Shown piece after piece: positions 39,610 through 52,419 of a DNA stretch of 64,000 nucleotides. This DNA comes from Azolla caroliniana (lineage: Eukaryota; Plantae; Polypodiophyta). Position numbers and translations under genes: made by a program. The notes beneath the pieces are model-generated. The model was not told the DNA's origin. It made no database searches and saw only the letters and a program-made list of their open reading frames with translations. The stretch's first letter is position 1; every line of letters begins with the position of its first letter. The DNA is taken from assembly GCA_043228905.1 (NCBI GenBank), contig JBHGNT010000013.1, forward strand, positions 21,165,945 to 21,229,944, given 5' to 3'.

Positions 39610-42153
39610 GAGAATGAAGGTAGTGCCAAGGAAACATTGAATAACATTGGCGATGGTCACAACAAAGAATTAGATTGTAACAAGGTTACACCAACCTCTA
39701 TGCAGGAAGAGAAATCTGGGAGCCCTATGCATATTAGAAGAATCCCACAAAGAATTCGTCTGGCTAGATTTAGCTTGGTGACATCAGATAAACAGATTGG
39801 ATTTGATGTCCAAAAAATATGTTGTGCCCGTGGTTGTATGTCTATGATTGGAAAATCAAAGTTGCGAGAATTAAGGCGATACTATTTTTCGATGACTGGT
39901 GATGAGCAAGAAACTTACCTCGGGTCACATATGCAACTAGTATCTGACAAATGTACGGGGATCAAAGTATCATTCGAGTATTATATATTCCATGCGCAAT
40001 AGATATGTAGAGTTGCATTCAAAATTGTGTCATGTGTTAGTAACATGCGGCTACATAGAGTACAACAACGTCTACTTAGCGGGGATCAGATGCTCAATTG
40101 TAAAGAGGTTCCAAGTATGAAAGGTGCAATTGGAAGACATGCTATTGGTTGGATGAGAACTTACTTTCAGTGAAATTGTTAAGTAATGCTCACTACAGGT
40201 AGGATGCACCTTTTTGATAATTATACACGTCGGGAAGTTTATGATGTCTATCGATCTGATATGCTGGGCTCACGTAATAAGTCTATCACCTATAGCCAAT
40301 TCACAAGATTATGGAGAGCTCGGTTTTCAAATGTTATCATTCCTCGTAAAGTACGTATGGGGTATTGCTCCATTTGTGCAAATCTTAAAAGTTAGGCTAA
40401 AGGTGCAAAGACATCAATGGAAAAGGATATGAGTAAGAAGTTACTACAAGAGCATCGTGAGGCACAATCCTTAGAACGAAAGAAGGCGATGCATCATAGA
40501 GAGAAGTGTTTGAAGAGGCCCGAACAATACATGTGCTTAATGATAGATGGCATGGACCAGAAGAAGATGTGCTTGCCGCATATGCGGAGGCTCCCCAAAG
40601 ATGTCAATGATGAGTGCCTTGTTCAAATGCACTTGGTGGGATGCTTGGCTTATAATAGGTTTGTTGGACCTCACGTCTTCATTACATACCCCAATGTTCA
40701 CAATGACCCTAACCTAACAGTTACAGTCATTCACCGAGTTTTGATGTCTTGGGGCCAACCTTTCTCCCCTGTTCTATACATTCAATTGGACAATACTGCT
40801 AGAGAGAACAAAAATTCAACTGTATGTAGCTATCTAAGAATGTTGGTCAACCAAGAATTGTTTAGGAAAGTGAAAGTCAATTTTCTTTTGGTTGGCCACA
40901 CACATGACCATATAGATAAGATGTTTAGCACATTCTCCAGACAGTTGTCTCGGCATGATGCTTTCACTTTACCTAAACTATTTGATGTCATTTGTGATGC
41001 ATATACACCACGCCCAAAAGTGTTACACTTGAAGGAGGTATATGACTTTCAAAGATATATATCAGATGGGGGTGGTGGGAATGTTAAAGTGCTTGCTCAG
41101 TTAAACAATATAAGTTTCAATCACATTTTTATGATAAAGAAAAATGGAATAAGTGGTTCTACACTTTTGTATGCTAAACAATATTCATCTTCTACAACAT
41201 GGGAACCTGAAGGTGGTTGCCAGTTATTACTTTGTATGCCGAGTACAATTGTCCATGGAGCTAAGCAAATGCCAATTGAGAAGAAAGGACAGTTGCAGAG
41301 CAACTTGGTATGAGAACAAAAATGGTCATGGCTCCAAGCCTTAGAAGAAAAAAGAAAGCATATTGAGGCCGCCAAGAAATATGCCGCACAACAAGACACG
41401 TCATGGTGGGATGTATTTTATAGTAATCAGAAAGGAATTATAGACAATTGTGTATCTGGTGATAATTGGAATTTGGAAACGCCATTCACATGGTCGCTGC
41501 CACATGATCGCGTAAATAGAACTCCGGAGCAACTAGCAAATGCGATTAATGACAGCTTAGTCCATCCACAACAAAGAGACTTTTATGCGGGACCAAGGAT
41601 GACCAAAACAGCCGAAGCTAGATGGCAAGGCAATTTGCAAGAGCTCACCGCGGGGATGTTGATTGCAACGCCGGTTGATGAGAACTCACATGGCCACCAA
41701 TTTTGGGTTGGTAAAATTCTAGAAGTACTAATGCATGAAATAGAAAACACGATCAAGTCTATAAATGTTCATTGGTACAACACCAGAAGTGCAAATGCTT
41801 TTACAGGTAAGTATACATTGGAGATGATTGAATGCCCAACAAGAAGGGGAGGTAGGAAGAGGTAGCGAAACATTCGTAACACCTCGACCCTTGATATCTC
41901 TGATGTGGATATCATCATGTACGACTTCACACTTACAAAAGCCGGACGATTAAGGAAGTCAACAATAGATATAATAAAAGAAAAATTACCAGGTCTACAA
42001 GGTGGCTCGAGTCAAAGGCAAACGAGATCTGCTACATATAATCTAGAGTCAAACCATTTGGTTTATGACGAAGATAATGCACTGATTGGTACATCCGAGG
42101 ATGATGAGGAGGAATCGTCATTGTATATTAGTTATAGTAGTGATTCTCCGTAA
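39550..42153 (+). pseudogene. DDD/E transposase (Sola/DUF7869-like) with Cys motifs and a C-terminal BAH-like module; one reading frame with 6 premature stops
   Basis: Five ORF-track pieces share one frame; CCARGC, CSIC...H, IDGMDQKK, IQLDNTARENKN, FLLVGHTHDHIDKMFS; C-terminal FWVGKILEV...INVHWY. Confidence 0.82.
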
Positions 42154-44340
42154 AGGACTGATCATGAATGTATATTTGGCTATTAAGTGTAACTACATTC
42201 CACTTGTAACAAATCGAGTAATATAAAAGCATGTGTTTTGAATTCTTATGATTTCTAAAAAATCGTTTCTTATAAAATAACATTGGTTGTAAAGTTTGTG
42301 ATATAAATTGAGAATGTATCTTTTTGAAATTCGTCTTTTTTTAGTTACTTCTAAATCACGAAAATAGTGGATTTTTAACCTTTTTCATAGTATGTTTGAA
42401 CATGTATGATACTGGTATCAATGTGTTTTGTAAAATCATTGAAAAAGTCCTAAAATCAGCCAAAATTTCCCTTATCCTTCCATTTATGCGCGATCCTTCC
42501 ACTTGTGAACGCGAACGTGTTGGAGATGATGAAGCTAAAATATGCCTCGATTGTCCGAAGCTTGATGTACGCAATGGTATGTACCCAAACGAATATCGGA
42601 TATGCACTCAGAGTGGTGATCCGGTTCATGAGCAATCCGAGAAGAGAACATTGGGTCGTAGTCAAGTGGATACTCTGGTACTTGAAAGGAACCTCAAGCA
42701 TGTGCCTCCGGTTCGGCTCCGGTAAACCCCTATTGTAAGGCTTCACCGATTCGGACATGTCAACTTATGCGGAGACCAGCCGGTTTACATCCGGATATGT
42801 CATGACATATGCATGGGGAGTTGTATCGTGGCAATCGAGTCTGCAGAAGTCCGTTGCACTGTCGACAACGGAAGTGGAGTATATGGTAGTCCTAGAAGCC
42901 GACAAAGAGGTAATCTAGATGAAGGACTTCATCGGAAAGCTAGGGATTCGGCAGGAGGAATTCCGGCTCTATTACGACAGTCAAAGTGTCATCCACCTCG
43001 CGAAGAACATAACATACCATTCCCGAACCAAGCACATCCAGAGGAGATACCATTGGTTCTAGGAGAAAGTAGAAGATAACGAGTTTTCACTGACGAAGAT
43101 CCACACGGAGGAGAACGAGTCGGACATGTTGACCAAGGTGTTGTCAGCAGAGAAGCTGAACGTGTAATATTATGTTGGCACATGATTGAAGTTTCATGAG
43201 AACTAGAATGCTAATGTCGTTCTGGTTCCAATTAAGGAGAAAACACAAGTCTCTAGTATTTATCAACATGAAGAAAAAAAAAAAAAAAGAATTATCGTTA
43301 TTATAGATGCCATCATCTTTGTTCTTGGCTATGTTTTTTGAAGTACTTCAACTACTAATTAAATAAAAAGTTATTTGCTTTCATAATTTTGGCTTGAAAA
43401 TAGGAAGCCATTATGACCACTCCTAGTTTTTAGTGTAGCCACTTAGAACACTAGAGTGAATATAAGCATCATAAAACATTTGGTTTTTATTAATTAGTGT
43501 AGCAAGGGTTTTTAGGAATCACCTTGTCTAACTAGTCAATTAGTTCCTTTATTTGGATTCATTTCATTGATTCCCTTGGTGGAACCTAATGTAACGACTA
43601 AAGGGCTAGTCACTTTTGTAACTGCACTCGATCAAAGCATTTGCCCATTGATGGTTTCGACATTATTTCTATTAGTATTCAGACAACTAGGATTTTATGT
43701 TTTCGGGCAAAGGTTTCTGATTAGGCTGTAATGGATATGTATGTGCATTTGTATAAACAATAGTGATAGGAAGTCTACAATACTCATTACCTAGTACTAT
43801 TTAGAGTATTTTGTTTTCAAACGATATTCACAAAATTTCCGAGTAGCTCCCTAACACTTCTTAAACACTAAGATCACTTTTCTAGTTCCAAAAACAATCC
43901 TATCTCTCCATAATAGAGGAAGATGGAAGTGAATTGGTAGTATGCATATGTATATGTTCATTGGGAAAACCTAAATACCATCTAAATGTGATCTATGGGA
44001 TTGGTCAAGTCAATGACAAAGATCGAATTTGAATTCTATTAGAATTTATGTTATTGGATAGTGCAGAGCAAGCATATACTTGTGGAATGTTTTGAAGACT
44101 TAATGCTTTTAGATGATAACACATTCTATGTTAGAGACTTAGGTATCATATAGGGTGAGTTTATCCACATATCTAGGAGTCCTTGGGATGCTTCCACTAG
44201 CTGCTAGAGTTTTTGAGAGCAAGAGGCAAGTGTTCATAGTCGTTTGAGGCCATTCCTTCATAGTATACGCATGCTCGATTGTTTCTCCTACAATGTTCTT
44301 CAAAACATTCCCACATGTATTTACCACAAAGTGTTTATAG

Positions 44341-45767
44341 TGTAAAATGCACATAAGAGATCAAAACCAGTCTAGTTAGCTTCTTATTTCTTACTCAATT
44401 TATAATTTATACAAAGGTACCCATTTGGGTTGGCTTAGCTTAAAAGGGTATGCTAAAAGGGTGGGTCGGCTTAGGTACATGCATCCTAAAAAAGGTGTGC
44501 TAAAAGAGTGGCACAAAGGCATACATGCACACCACATTTCCCCCTTGAGAGAAACAAGGAGGTTTACAACATGGGGAAAGGATGGGGGTCAGAAGATGGG
44601 CCCAGGGTGGCATGTTGGCAGGTTCGGAATGGACGTTAATGGACGATTCTGGTGGGAGGTGAGGATCACGCCCATATGGTGCTCTAAAAGGGCTGATTCG
44701 TGCGGCAACCTCCTGCTTGAGGGCCTTGTTGAGGCGTTCGGTGAAGATGGCGTGGGGATGTAAACATCTACGAACATGTAGTTGAGTTGCAATGATGTTG
44801 AGGATGTCCCCCGTGGAACTGTTGGCCTTGAAAGTTGGATGGGGCTAGTGATGGAAAACGAGCTATCAATTGGCGAATAGAGATCAATCACTCTTGTGGA
44901 CTGAGGGCCACCTGGACTTTGCTGAGGTGGGAGACAAGAGGGCTATCGTGTCGGAGGGGGATCGAGGAAAGATCCTATGGCGGCGAAGATCAATCGCTCT
45001 TGTGGACTGAGGGCCACCTGGACTTGGCTGAGGTGGGGGACAGGAGAGCTATCATGTCGGAGGGGGATCAAGGAAAGATCATATGGCGGCGAAGATCAAT
45101 CGCTCTTGTGGACTGAGGGCCACCTGGACTTGGTTGAGGTGGGGGATAGGAGGGCTATCGTGTTAGAGGGGGATCGAGGAAAGATCATATGGCGGCGAAG
45201 ATCAATCGCTCCCGTGGACTAAGGGCCACCTGGATTTGGCTGAGGTGGGGGACAGGAGGGCTATCGTGTAGGAGGGGGATCAAAGAAACTCATGGGACAA
45301 GAAGTTAGTGGGCAACCTAAGGTGAAGGGGAAGAGTTGGTGGGGCAAGTCATAAAAGTGGTGTGAGATGGTGATCGCAAAAAAAAGGACTTGGATGGAGT
45401 GAGCGGTGGATGTCGAGAGGCCTAACTAGTGAAGGCGGTGCTAATGGATGAGATACTACTACAAGAGACTAACAAGAGTGTCGATGATGGTGGCGAGGGT
45501 GATGCTACCTACGAAGCAGAAGAGGTTAATGTTTGGATGTGGGGGATTGGTACCCCGCATCTTCACCAATATGTGAAATGCACATAAGAGATCAAAACTA
45601 GTCTAGTTAGCTTCTTATTTCTTACTCAATTTATAGTTTATACAAAGGCACCCATTTGGGTTGGCGTAGCTTAAAAGGGTATGCTAAAAGGGTGGGTTGG
45701 CTTAGGTACATGCATCCTAAAAAGGGTGTGCTAAAAGAGTGGCACAAAGGCATACATGCACACCACA
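44341..45767 (-). mobile_element. Small non-autonomous LTR element (TRIM-like)
   Basis: 196-bp direct repeats at 44341-44536 and 45572-45767 (TGT...ACA); ATAG TSD; tRNA-Ala-like PBS (TACCCCGCATCTTCACCA, 45551-45568); PPT at ~44537-44546; no gag/pol. Confidence 0.85.
44872..45285. repeat. 106-bp GC-rich tandem repeat, ~4 copies, inside the TRIM-like element
   Basis: GGCGAAGATCAATCGCTC recurs at 44982, 45088, 45194, with a degenerate copy at 44872. Confidence 0.9.
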
Positions 45768-46156
45768 ATAGCAATCATTATTTAATACTCTCACAATCTC
45801 ATCATAATTAAGTGACCCAAGTCAATGTTCAACACTTACATTTTGCAACGACATCTAGTGAAGTAATGATATGGTGAGACTTGAGATGGGGTGCATTGGT
45901 TAGTATAAGCTACAAGGATCACATGGTGTAGATGTCGCTAGTTAGCACAAATGTCAAAATGATGGTATAGGAAGGAGTGATGTGATGCACCGAGAAGTGT
46001 GACACATTCCGAATACATGTTCTACATGTATTTTAATTCCAATAGTCTCATAGTATTAGCTCTCATTTGGTTCAAAAAGGGCAATTCTTGGAGGGGAGGG
46101 CTGACTTGGGTTACCAAGACATTTTTGTGCTGACATAATCGACCAAAAAAAGGTGG

Positions 46157-46336
46157 ATGATGAATATTAGGCTCATCCTCCTCCACCTCCTACCTGCCCT
46201 TGCATTCTTCCTTACGGCCCTTAGCCCCTTTATATCTGGTGTCTCAACACAGTCGAGCACGACAACTTGCACCGCGAGCCTCCAAGCCTTGCAAACGGGT
46301 TGTGGTAGTGACACAAGTACCACGGCCAGATGTTGA
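46157..46336 (+). pseudogene. 8CM/LTPG-like family relic (copy 4), exon 1 truncated by an insertion
   Basis: MMNIRLILLHLLPALAFFLTALSPFISGVSTQSSTTTCTASLQALQTGCGSDTSTTARC*; breaks at the CC pair into LTR-like TGTTGA; upstream 43750-46150 is paralogous to the copy 1/2 promoters. Confidence 0.85.
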
Positions 46337-47279
46337 TACATAGTGAGAAAAGCCAAAAATATAATTCTCAATATTTATCAAAGAGGTATATAACTTAACA
46401 AAAACGAAGGCTTTTTTGTGTGCTCATCAGAAAACAGTGAGTGTTTGTTTTTCCGATCCATCTTTTTCTATGTGTTGTTCATCTTCTTCTCTGCAGGAAA
46501 AACAACAAAAAATAGCAGCTCTACCACACCTCCTTGCTTCTCCAATAGTGGTATTTGTCACGGGCACACCAATTGTGGACTTAGACGAGGCACGGATGAT
46601 GGGGATACCAGCGACGAGCTACGAACTTGGAACTAGAAGTGATGAGGGTAGAAACTCGGGAAATTGGGAACGATGACGTGAGGAACTTGAGACATTGGGA
46701 CCGACACAAGAGTATGAAGACAGAGATGAACGTCAAGGAGACAAGATGAGGCGAAACAAAACTTAGAATAGATTAATGTGTCAATGACTGGTGTTGAATC
46801 CCTTGAAAGGAACCAAGCAGGTTACAAGTATTTATACTGTGAGCTCAAGTACATTCTAGAGAATGTACTTTAGAGAATATTTTGGAGAATGTTCTAGAAC
46901 CTACTAGTTCTAAAACTTTCTAGAGGTATGTGACTAGAGAGTATTTCTAGATCAATTACATTATATACAAATACATGCTCATATCAAAATGGTTGAGCGT
47001 GATATCTTGTTGACGTTAGGTTGCAGGTTTAATACTCATCGTAATTGTATCGTGACATTATCCTCCCCTTTATGGCCCACTCTCTCTTGGGGAATGTGGA
47101 GGCTCATTAATCATGGGGAATATGGAACATATTAGTTATGTGTCATAGAATATGATTCTATGGCACATAGTTAATGTTGTAGAGGGTAGTGGTGACTTTT
47201 GACCTTTGAGTGCTCATAGATTCTCAAAGGTGCGTTCACACACTGGACTAGGTTGAGCTTGATTCTCAACAGATAGATT

Positions 47280-50200
47280 ACGACACAAAACACAGAGTAT
47301 CAGGAAACAATATTCTATTATCAGGGACGCAATTGATACAGTACTATTCAATTAGCTTTTTATAGGCTTCCCATGTCCCTTTTTATAGGGATCATGGACG
47401 ATTACGACTCGGAGTGTGTTGAAGATAAAATCCAAAGAAATAGATTATCACAACTTTCTTGGAATCGGTAATGGCTCCTATAAACTATACGGATAATGTC
47501 GGGGTATCTTTGGTCTGTAGCATGTATCACATGTCTGAACATAGTCTTCAAAAAATTTTCGCATATGGGGTCACCAAAATGATCAGGTTACTAAATCCAA
47601 GGTTTTAATACTACCAAAATGTCCAGTCGTATATTTATCATAAAAATCTTGTACAACTCGAAGGCGAGATGAACCATTGGGAACATACAAAACATTTTTA
47701 AAGAAGAGTAATCCATCATGCCATTTGAATTGTCGATAATTTGTGCCTGATTGTTATGACCGCAAATAGGATGCTCAAGTGGGATCAATTTGATCTAATA
47801 TATCTTGGGCAAAGACATATGTCTTCAGATCTTGACGTATTATATCAATAATGTTGGAATCCAATGGAGTATCGAAAACCGAAGTTTCTTGAAGTCGTGC
47901 AGGACCCAAGATTACGTGCTTTTGATTATCAAAGGCCAGATCACCAAGACGAGGTGCTAGGTACGAGCATCATTATAATGCATCTACCTTCCCTTGTTGC
48001 TTGCCCGGACGAAATGTAATCTTGAAGTCGAAATGAGTGAGAAATTGTGCCCACCGAGCTTGTCTGTTAAATACACGAACATTCTGGAAATGGGCGAGGT
48101 TTGTGTGATCATTGAATATAGTGATTTGATAAGGAGATCCTTCTAGAAAATGCCTCCATTGTGCAAAGCAATCCCTGTCGCTAATAATTCCTTGTCATGT
48201 ACTTCATAGTTGATTTCGGCAATGTCAAACTAGCGTGAGTGGAAAGCCACGGGATGTAGCTTCTCATCGTCACCTTGTTGTGACAAAATAATACCAACTG
48301 CGAAATTTGACGTGTCTGCATCCATAATAAATGTTTTTTGCGGATCAACATGAGCTGAATAGGAGCCGATGTAAATGCTTTCTTGAGATCCACAAAAAAA
48401 AGTAGTATCCGCTTCCTTAGTCCAAACAAATGATTTCCCCTTCTTTGTGAGTTGTGTGAGAGGCAAAATAAGCTTTGAGTGGTCCTATATAAACTTGCAA
48501 TAGAAATTTGTGAATCCTAGAAAACATTGCACGTCTCGCACTAATCGTGGAGTCTGCCACTCTAACACTGTTTGGACCTTAGCGGGATCCATCAAGATTC
48601 CTTCAGAGGAGATGGCATAGCCTAGAAATTCCACCTGTTTACAATCAAAACTACACTTTTCGAGTTTTGCATAAAGACCATGTCCTCATAGTCGTTTTAG
48701 TACTAAACATACATGAGAATCATGCTCTTCTTATGTTTTTGAATAAATTAGTTGATCACCTAGGTAGATAATCAGACAGGTGTCCAAAAGATCTTGAAAA
48801 ATGTCATTTGCCATGTGTTAGAAGATTGCTAGTGCATTGGTGAGCTCGATGGCATAACCGTAAACTCGAAATGCCCATATCGGGTGCAGAAAGTTGTCTT
48901 CCACTCGTCTCCCAATCGGATCCGTACGAGGTTATATGTTCCTCATAAGTCAATCTTTGTGAAAAACCTTGCACCATTAATCTTATCTAAAGACTCGACA
49001 TCAGGGGAAGTGCATACTATTTCTTATGGTGACCTTATTCAAGTAACGGCACTCCACGACTAGACGAAGTGATCGATCCTTTTTCTTTACAAAGAAAATA
49101 GGTGCACTGGCTGGAGATTTCGAATGTTGAATGAACCCATTCACCAAGTTTTCCTCTATGTAGGCTCGAAGAACCTCAAGCTCAGAGGGTGACAAGTTGT
49201 AGATTAGTTCCCACGGTGGTTCTTTTCCTGGTTTTAAATCAATGGGGCAATCATACGGTCGATGTTGAGGAAGAGTATTAGCTTTTACCTTATCAAAAAC
49301 ATCGGCATAATGGTGATACATCTTTGGAAGTTGAAGTGTTGACTCCCTCTTAATGATAATGAAAGGTTTCACTGATATTGCGAATAAAAACATTGGTTCC
49401 TTTCGTCTTTCTTCAGGCAATTGATGTAGCGAAATGGTTGAAATTCTATGAGTGGTTGCATGAGATTGATGATACCTGATTTCTCCCATTCTCCAATCGA
49501 TTTTGGGGTTGTGTAATTCGAACCATGGTAGCCCCAAGAAAATTGGATACCTTGGACTGCTAATTATATTAAATGATATTGCACATACCAAATTATCTAG
49601 GACAACACGAACCGGCTCTAACTGTTCTGCAATATTTCTATAAGCAATGGGGCGACCATCAATGACTACTATGGAAGCTGGGCAAGTCTGATGAACTTGA
49701 GCAAAATTCCTATCCATGATGCAAGAATTAGCTCCGGTATCTAAGAGTGCTAGGACATGTACTGGAGGGTTGCTTGTAGTAGTAACTTCTACTTAAGCGA
49801 AGAACACCTTGCTAATTTTCTTAGAAGGAATGGAACCACTAATGGGTTGCACAGTTCCAAGGTTGTCCAACAAAAACGACTCTTATTTTGGCTGGACTTA
49901 ATCCTTTAACTCTTCTTCTAGTTGATTGAGGACTTCAAATTTGTTTGATAAACTTGGGCTACTAGGATTATCAGACACTCGTAATGAAATAGAGTCGGGT
50001 TTAGTACTAGCAACTACTTGATTTACCTGTCTTCTTGGCCTATGGGGACAATTTACTACAATATGCCCTTGACCACTACAATATAGACATAGGCGATTTG
50101 CTCGGTGTCGTCGTTTTTCCTCTTCCGACAATGGTCCACGACAACGTGTTGTGTCAATTTCCATTGGTGTTGGTGTATTTGTCGGGGACGCATTATATGA

Positions 50201-51136
50201 ATCCTTTGGAAAAGTTTTTGCTACAACTGATGCATATGTGGGCTTCGATCTTGTCCTTGGCATTTGTAACTATTGTTTGAACAGTTGATTATCCCAGTGC
50301 ATTGCTCAACTGATTGCCTCTGTGAGCAACTTCAGTTCTTCAGGAAAAGTCAAGAGTAAGTCTTTGACATCATTGCATAAACCATACCAAAATTGCTCCA
50401 TCAATTCTTGGTCGTCCCTGGCGAGTAGACGGAAATACGCAACATAAGTTGAGGCCCAATGATCTCCTTGGCGCAGTCTTCGGATCTTATTGATTGTCGT
50501 CCTAATGCTATCGATATCTCCAAAACTCCTCGAAATTATTTAACAAAGGAGATCCTTTTTCTAACAAAGGGGCAAGTCATGATAATGTTGTGCCACTAAG
50601 TAAGGTGCCTACTAGTCCCACTCGTGATGCATTGGTGGGATATCGAGAAAGATGCATTTGAATCACTAGGTGTACCTGATTAGGGAACCCTCCGATTTGT
50701 GATCGCGTTCCACCGAGTTTCATGGGAAGCCCAACTTTGGGTTCTCTAGGGATCCGTTGAGTACTCAGTCCTTGTTGTTGCAACAACATGATAGTTGCTT
50801 CCAATTATTGCACGCGTATAGCCAACTTCCCATGTTGTTGTTGCATTTGCTTCTTTTCTACAGTGATTTGGTGAAGATCTCCCAACAAACGTTGATTTTC
50901 TTGTTCCGGTGCTACAAATTTTTCTTTCAAGCATTGAAGCTTCAAGAAGACAGATTGGTATTCTAGTGCGCTAATAGTTGCCATTAGTATTAGAGGAAGG
51001 AGGGATAAGAAGATTAACATTAGACGAATGGAAGATAAGAAGATGAGCAATTCGGTTCAAACTGTCAGGAATAGTACTAGAGGTAGAGAGAATTAGTACT
51101 AGAGAGGTAGAGAAGAGAGAAAACATTGTGTGAGGA

Positions 51137-51214
<78 letters not shown>

Positions 51215-51451
51215 ACGAGAGAAGTATGATAATAGGAAGTATATTATATGAAGAAGAGTACAAGGATAGCTACGAGGCTTAAGACTAGCATTGAACTGAA
51301 TTGGTTCTGAATAGTGCCATATGCCTCTTTTTATAGTATGATCAAGAGTATTCTTGAAGTTTCTAGAATGTTCAAGAGTAATCTAGAATATAAAGGATTT
51401 TAGAGTAATTAAATAACAAATGAAAATATATTTTTTGTATTATAATTGACA
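47280..51451 (-). mobile_element. Degenerate Ty3/Gypsy of Tf1/Tcn1 type (5' LTR 51063-51451; gag, CCHC, protease, RT, RNase H)
   Basis: LTR TGTCA...TGACA; PREPKVGLP, CLYCSGQGHIVVNC, LLDTGANSC, LPQHRPYDCPIDL, SPASAPIFFVKKKD, DTSNFAVGIILSQ; many stops and frameshifts. Confidence 0.88.
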
Positions 51452-51499
51452 TCCTAGTGGTATGGTTTCATTCCGTGTAACATAAGGGGTTCAATTCCT

Positions 51500-52400
51500 T
51501 TTGGGGCCATACCATGATAGTGACCACCATTCTTTTATTGTCATCGATGTCGGCTTGTTGTTGTGTCGAATCTCCTCTATTTGGTGTCTGATGATCAACA
51601 CGTTTTGCATCATCTCCTTCCATAGGGCAAAGTTGTTGTCATCAAACTTTCTGATTTCATGGCCTGTGTTGGATGTTGAAGCCATTGTTCTTTGTAAAGG
51701 GTGTATGTCAGCTTGAACTTTTCCTTCAATTTTCTTCCGCTTCTTATACCGACATTGCTTGTTTCCAAGATTGCTTTGATACCACTTTGTTTCAGACATT
51801 GGTTGTGTGTCTGGTCGACTATAGTATGTAGGATAGTATGTAATATACTCGAATGCATTGGCAAACATTCTTTTAAATTATACGAATGTGTATGTTATCA
51901 AAACATTCTTATGTTTTTTTTTACACTTTTTACCATAACTTTCATACCTTGAAAAAACATTTACCTTATAATAAATAATGAATACAAAAGTATGGTATTT
52001 ACCATACTTCAAGGGTGTTTACCATACTCGAATGATTGAAACATTCACAAATGTGAAGGCACAATATGGTACGTATGGTTCATACTATGGTATGTTACAG
52101 TCTATTGGTCGATTGTGGTCAACCGAGCGGAAACAAGTGTGGATCTTGTTGAGGAACAAGCAAGACGTAGAGTAAGTGTGAGGATCTGTGTAATATTAAG
52201 AATACAACATATATACATAGAGTATCCACAGAGAAAGACAGTTACACGATTATGGCAAAGAGAGAAGATTTGTATTAACATTCGTCAGATTGTACAAGGA
52301 GGAATTCCTCCTAGTTAGACAAGATGGAACTAGTCCCTAACTCCAAGGAAGATTTCACACTAGAGATAAAATGGGTTGAGTAGGAATTTTAGTCCAACAC
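51500..52400 (-). mobile_element. Copia 5' fragment (LTR from 51788, iMet PBS 51773-51784, gag start)
   Basis: GCTTTGATACCA; MASTSNTGHEIRKFDDNNFALWKEMMQNVL is a Copia gag N-terminus. Confidence 0.7.
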
Positions 52401-52419
52401 CAACAGTGTACAGTCCTCT

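Larger units (their letters stand above)
34565..42521. mobile_element. TIR DNA transposon (Sola/DUF7869-like) carrying a ParB-like/amino-methyltransferase gene
   Basis: 36-bp TIRs at 34565-34600 and 42486-42521 (2 mismatches); 4-bp TSD GGAG; removing it restores the Copia RT frame KTKTKKSE|MMKLKYAS. Confidence 0.93.
31763..43164 (+). mobile_element. Degenerate Ty1/Copia related to 54464-59962; internal deletions, 3' LTR lost, interrupted by a DNA transposon
   Basis: Starts TGTTGGGAATTCGGTCCCTCC like the intact copy; broken protease/integrase/RT at 32290-34564 and RT/RNase H at 42522-43160; flanks rejoin as in the paralogous empty site ~25740. Confidence 0.9.

Noticed and set aside
44835-45222. 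Repetitive ORFs in the TRIM interior
   Set aside because: The 106-bp unit is not a multiple of three, so the frame shifts with every copy
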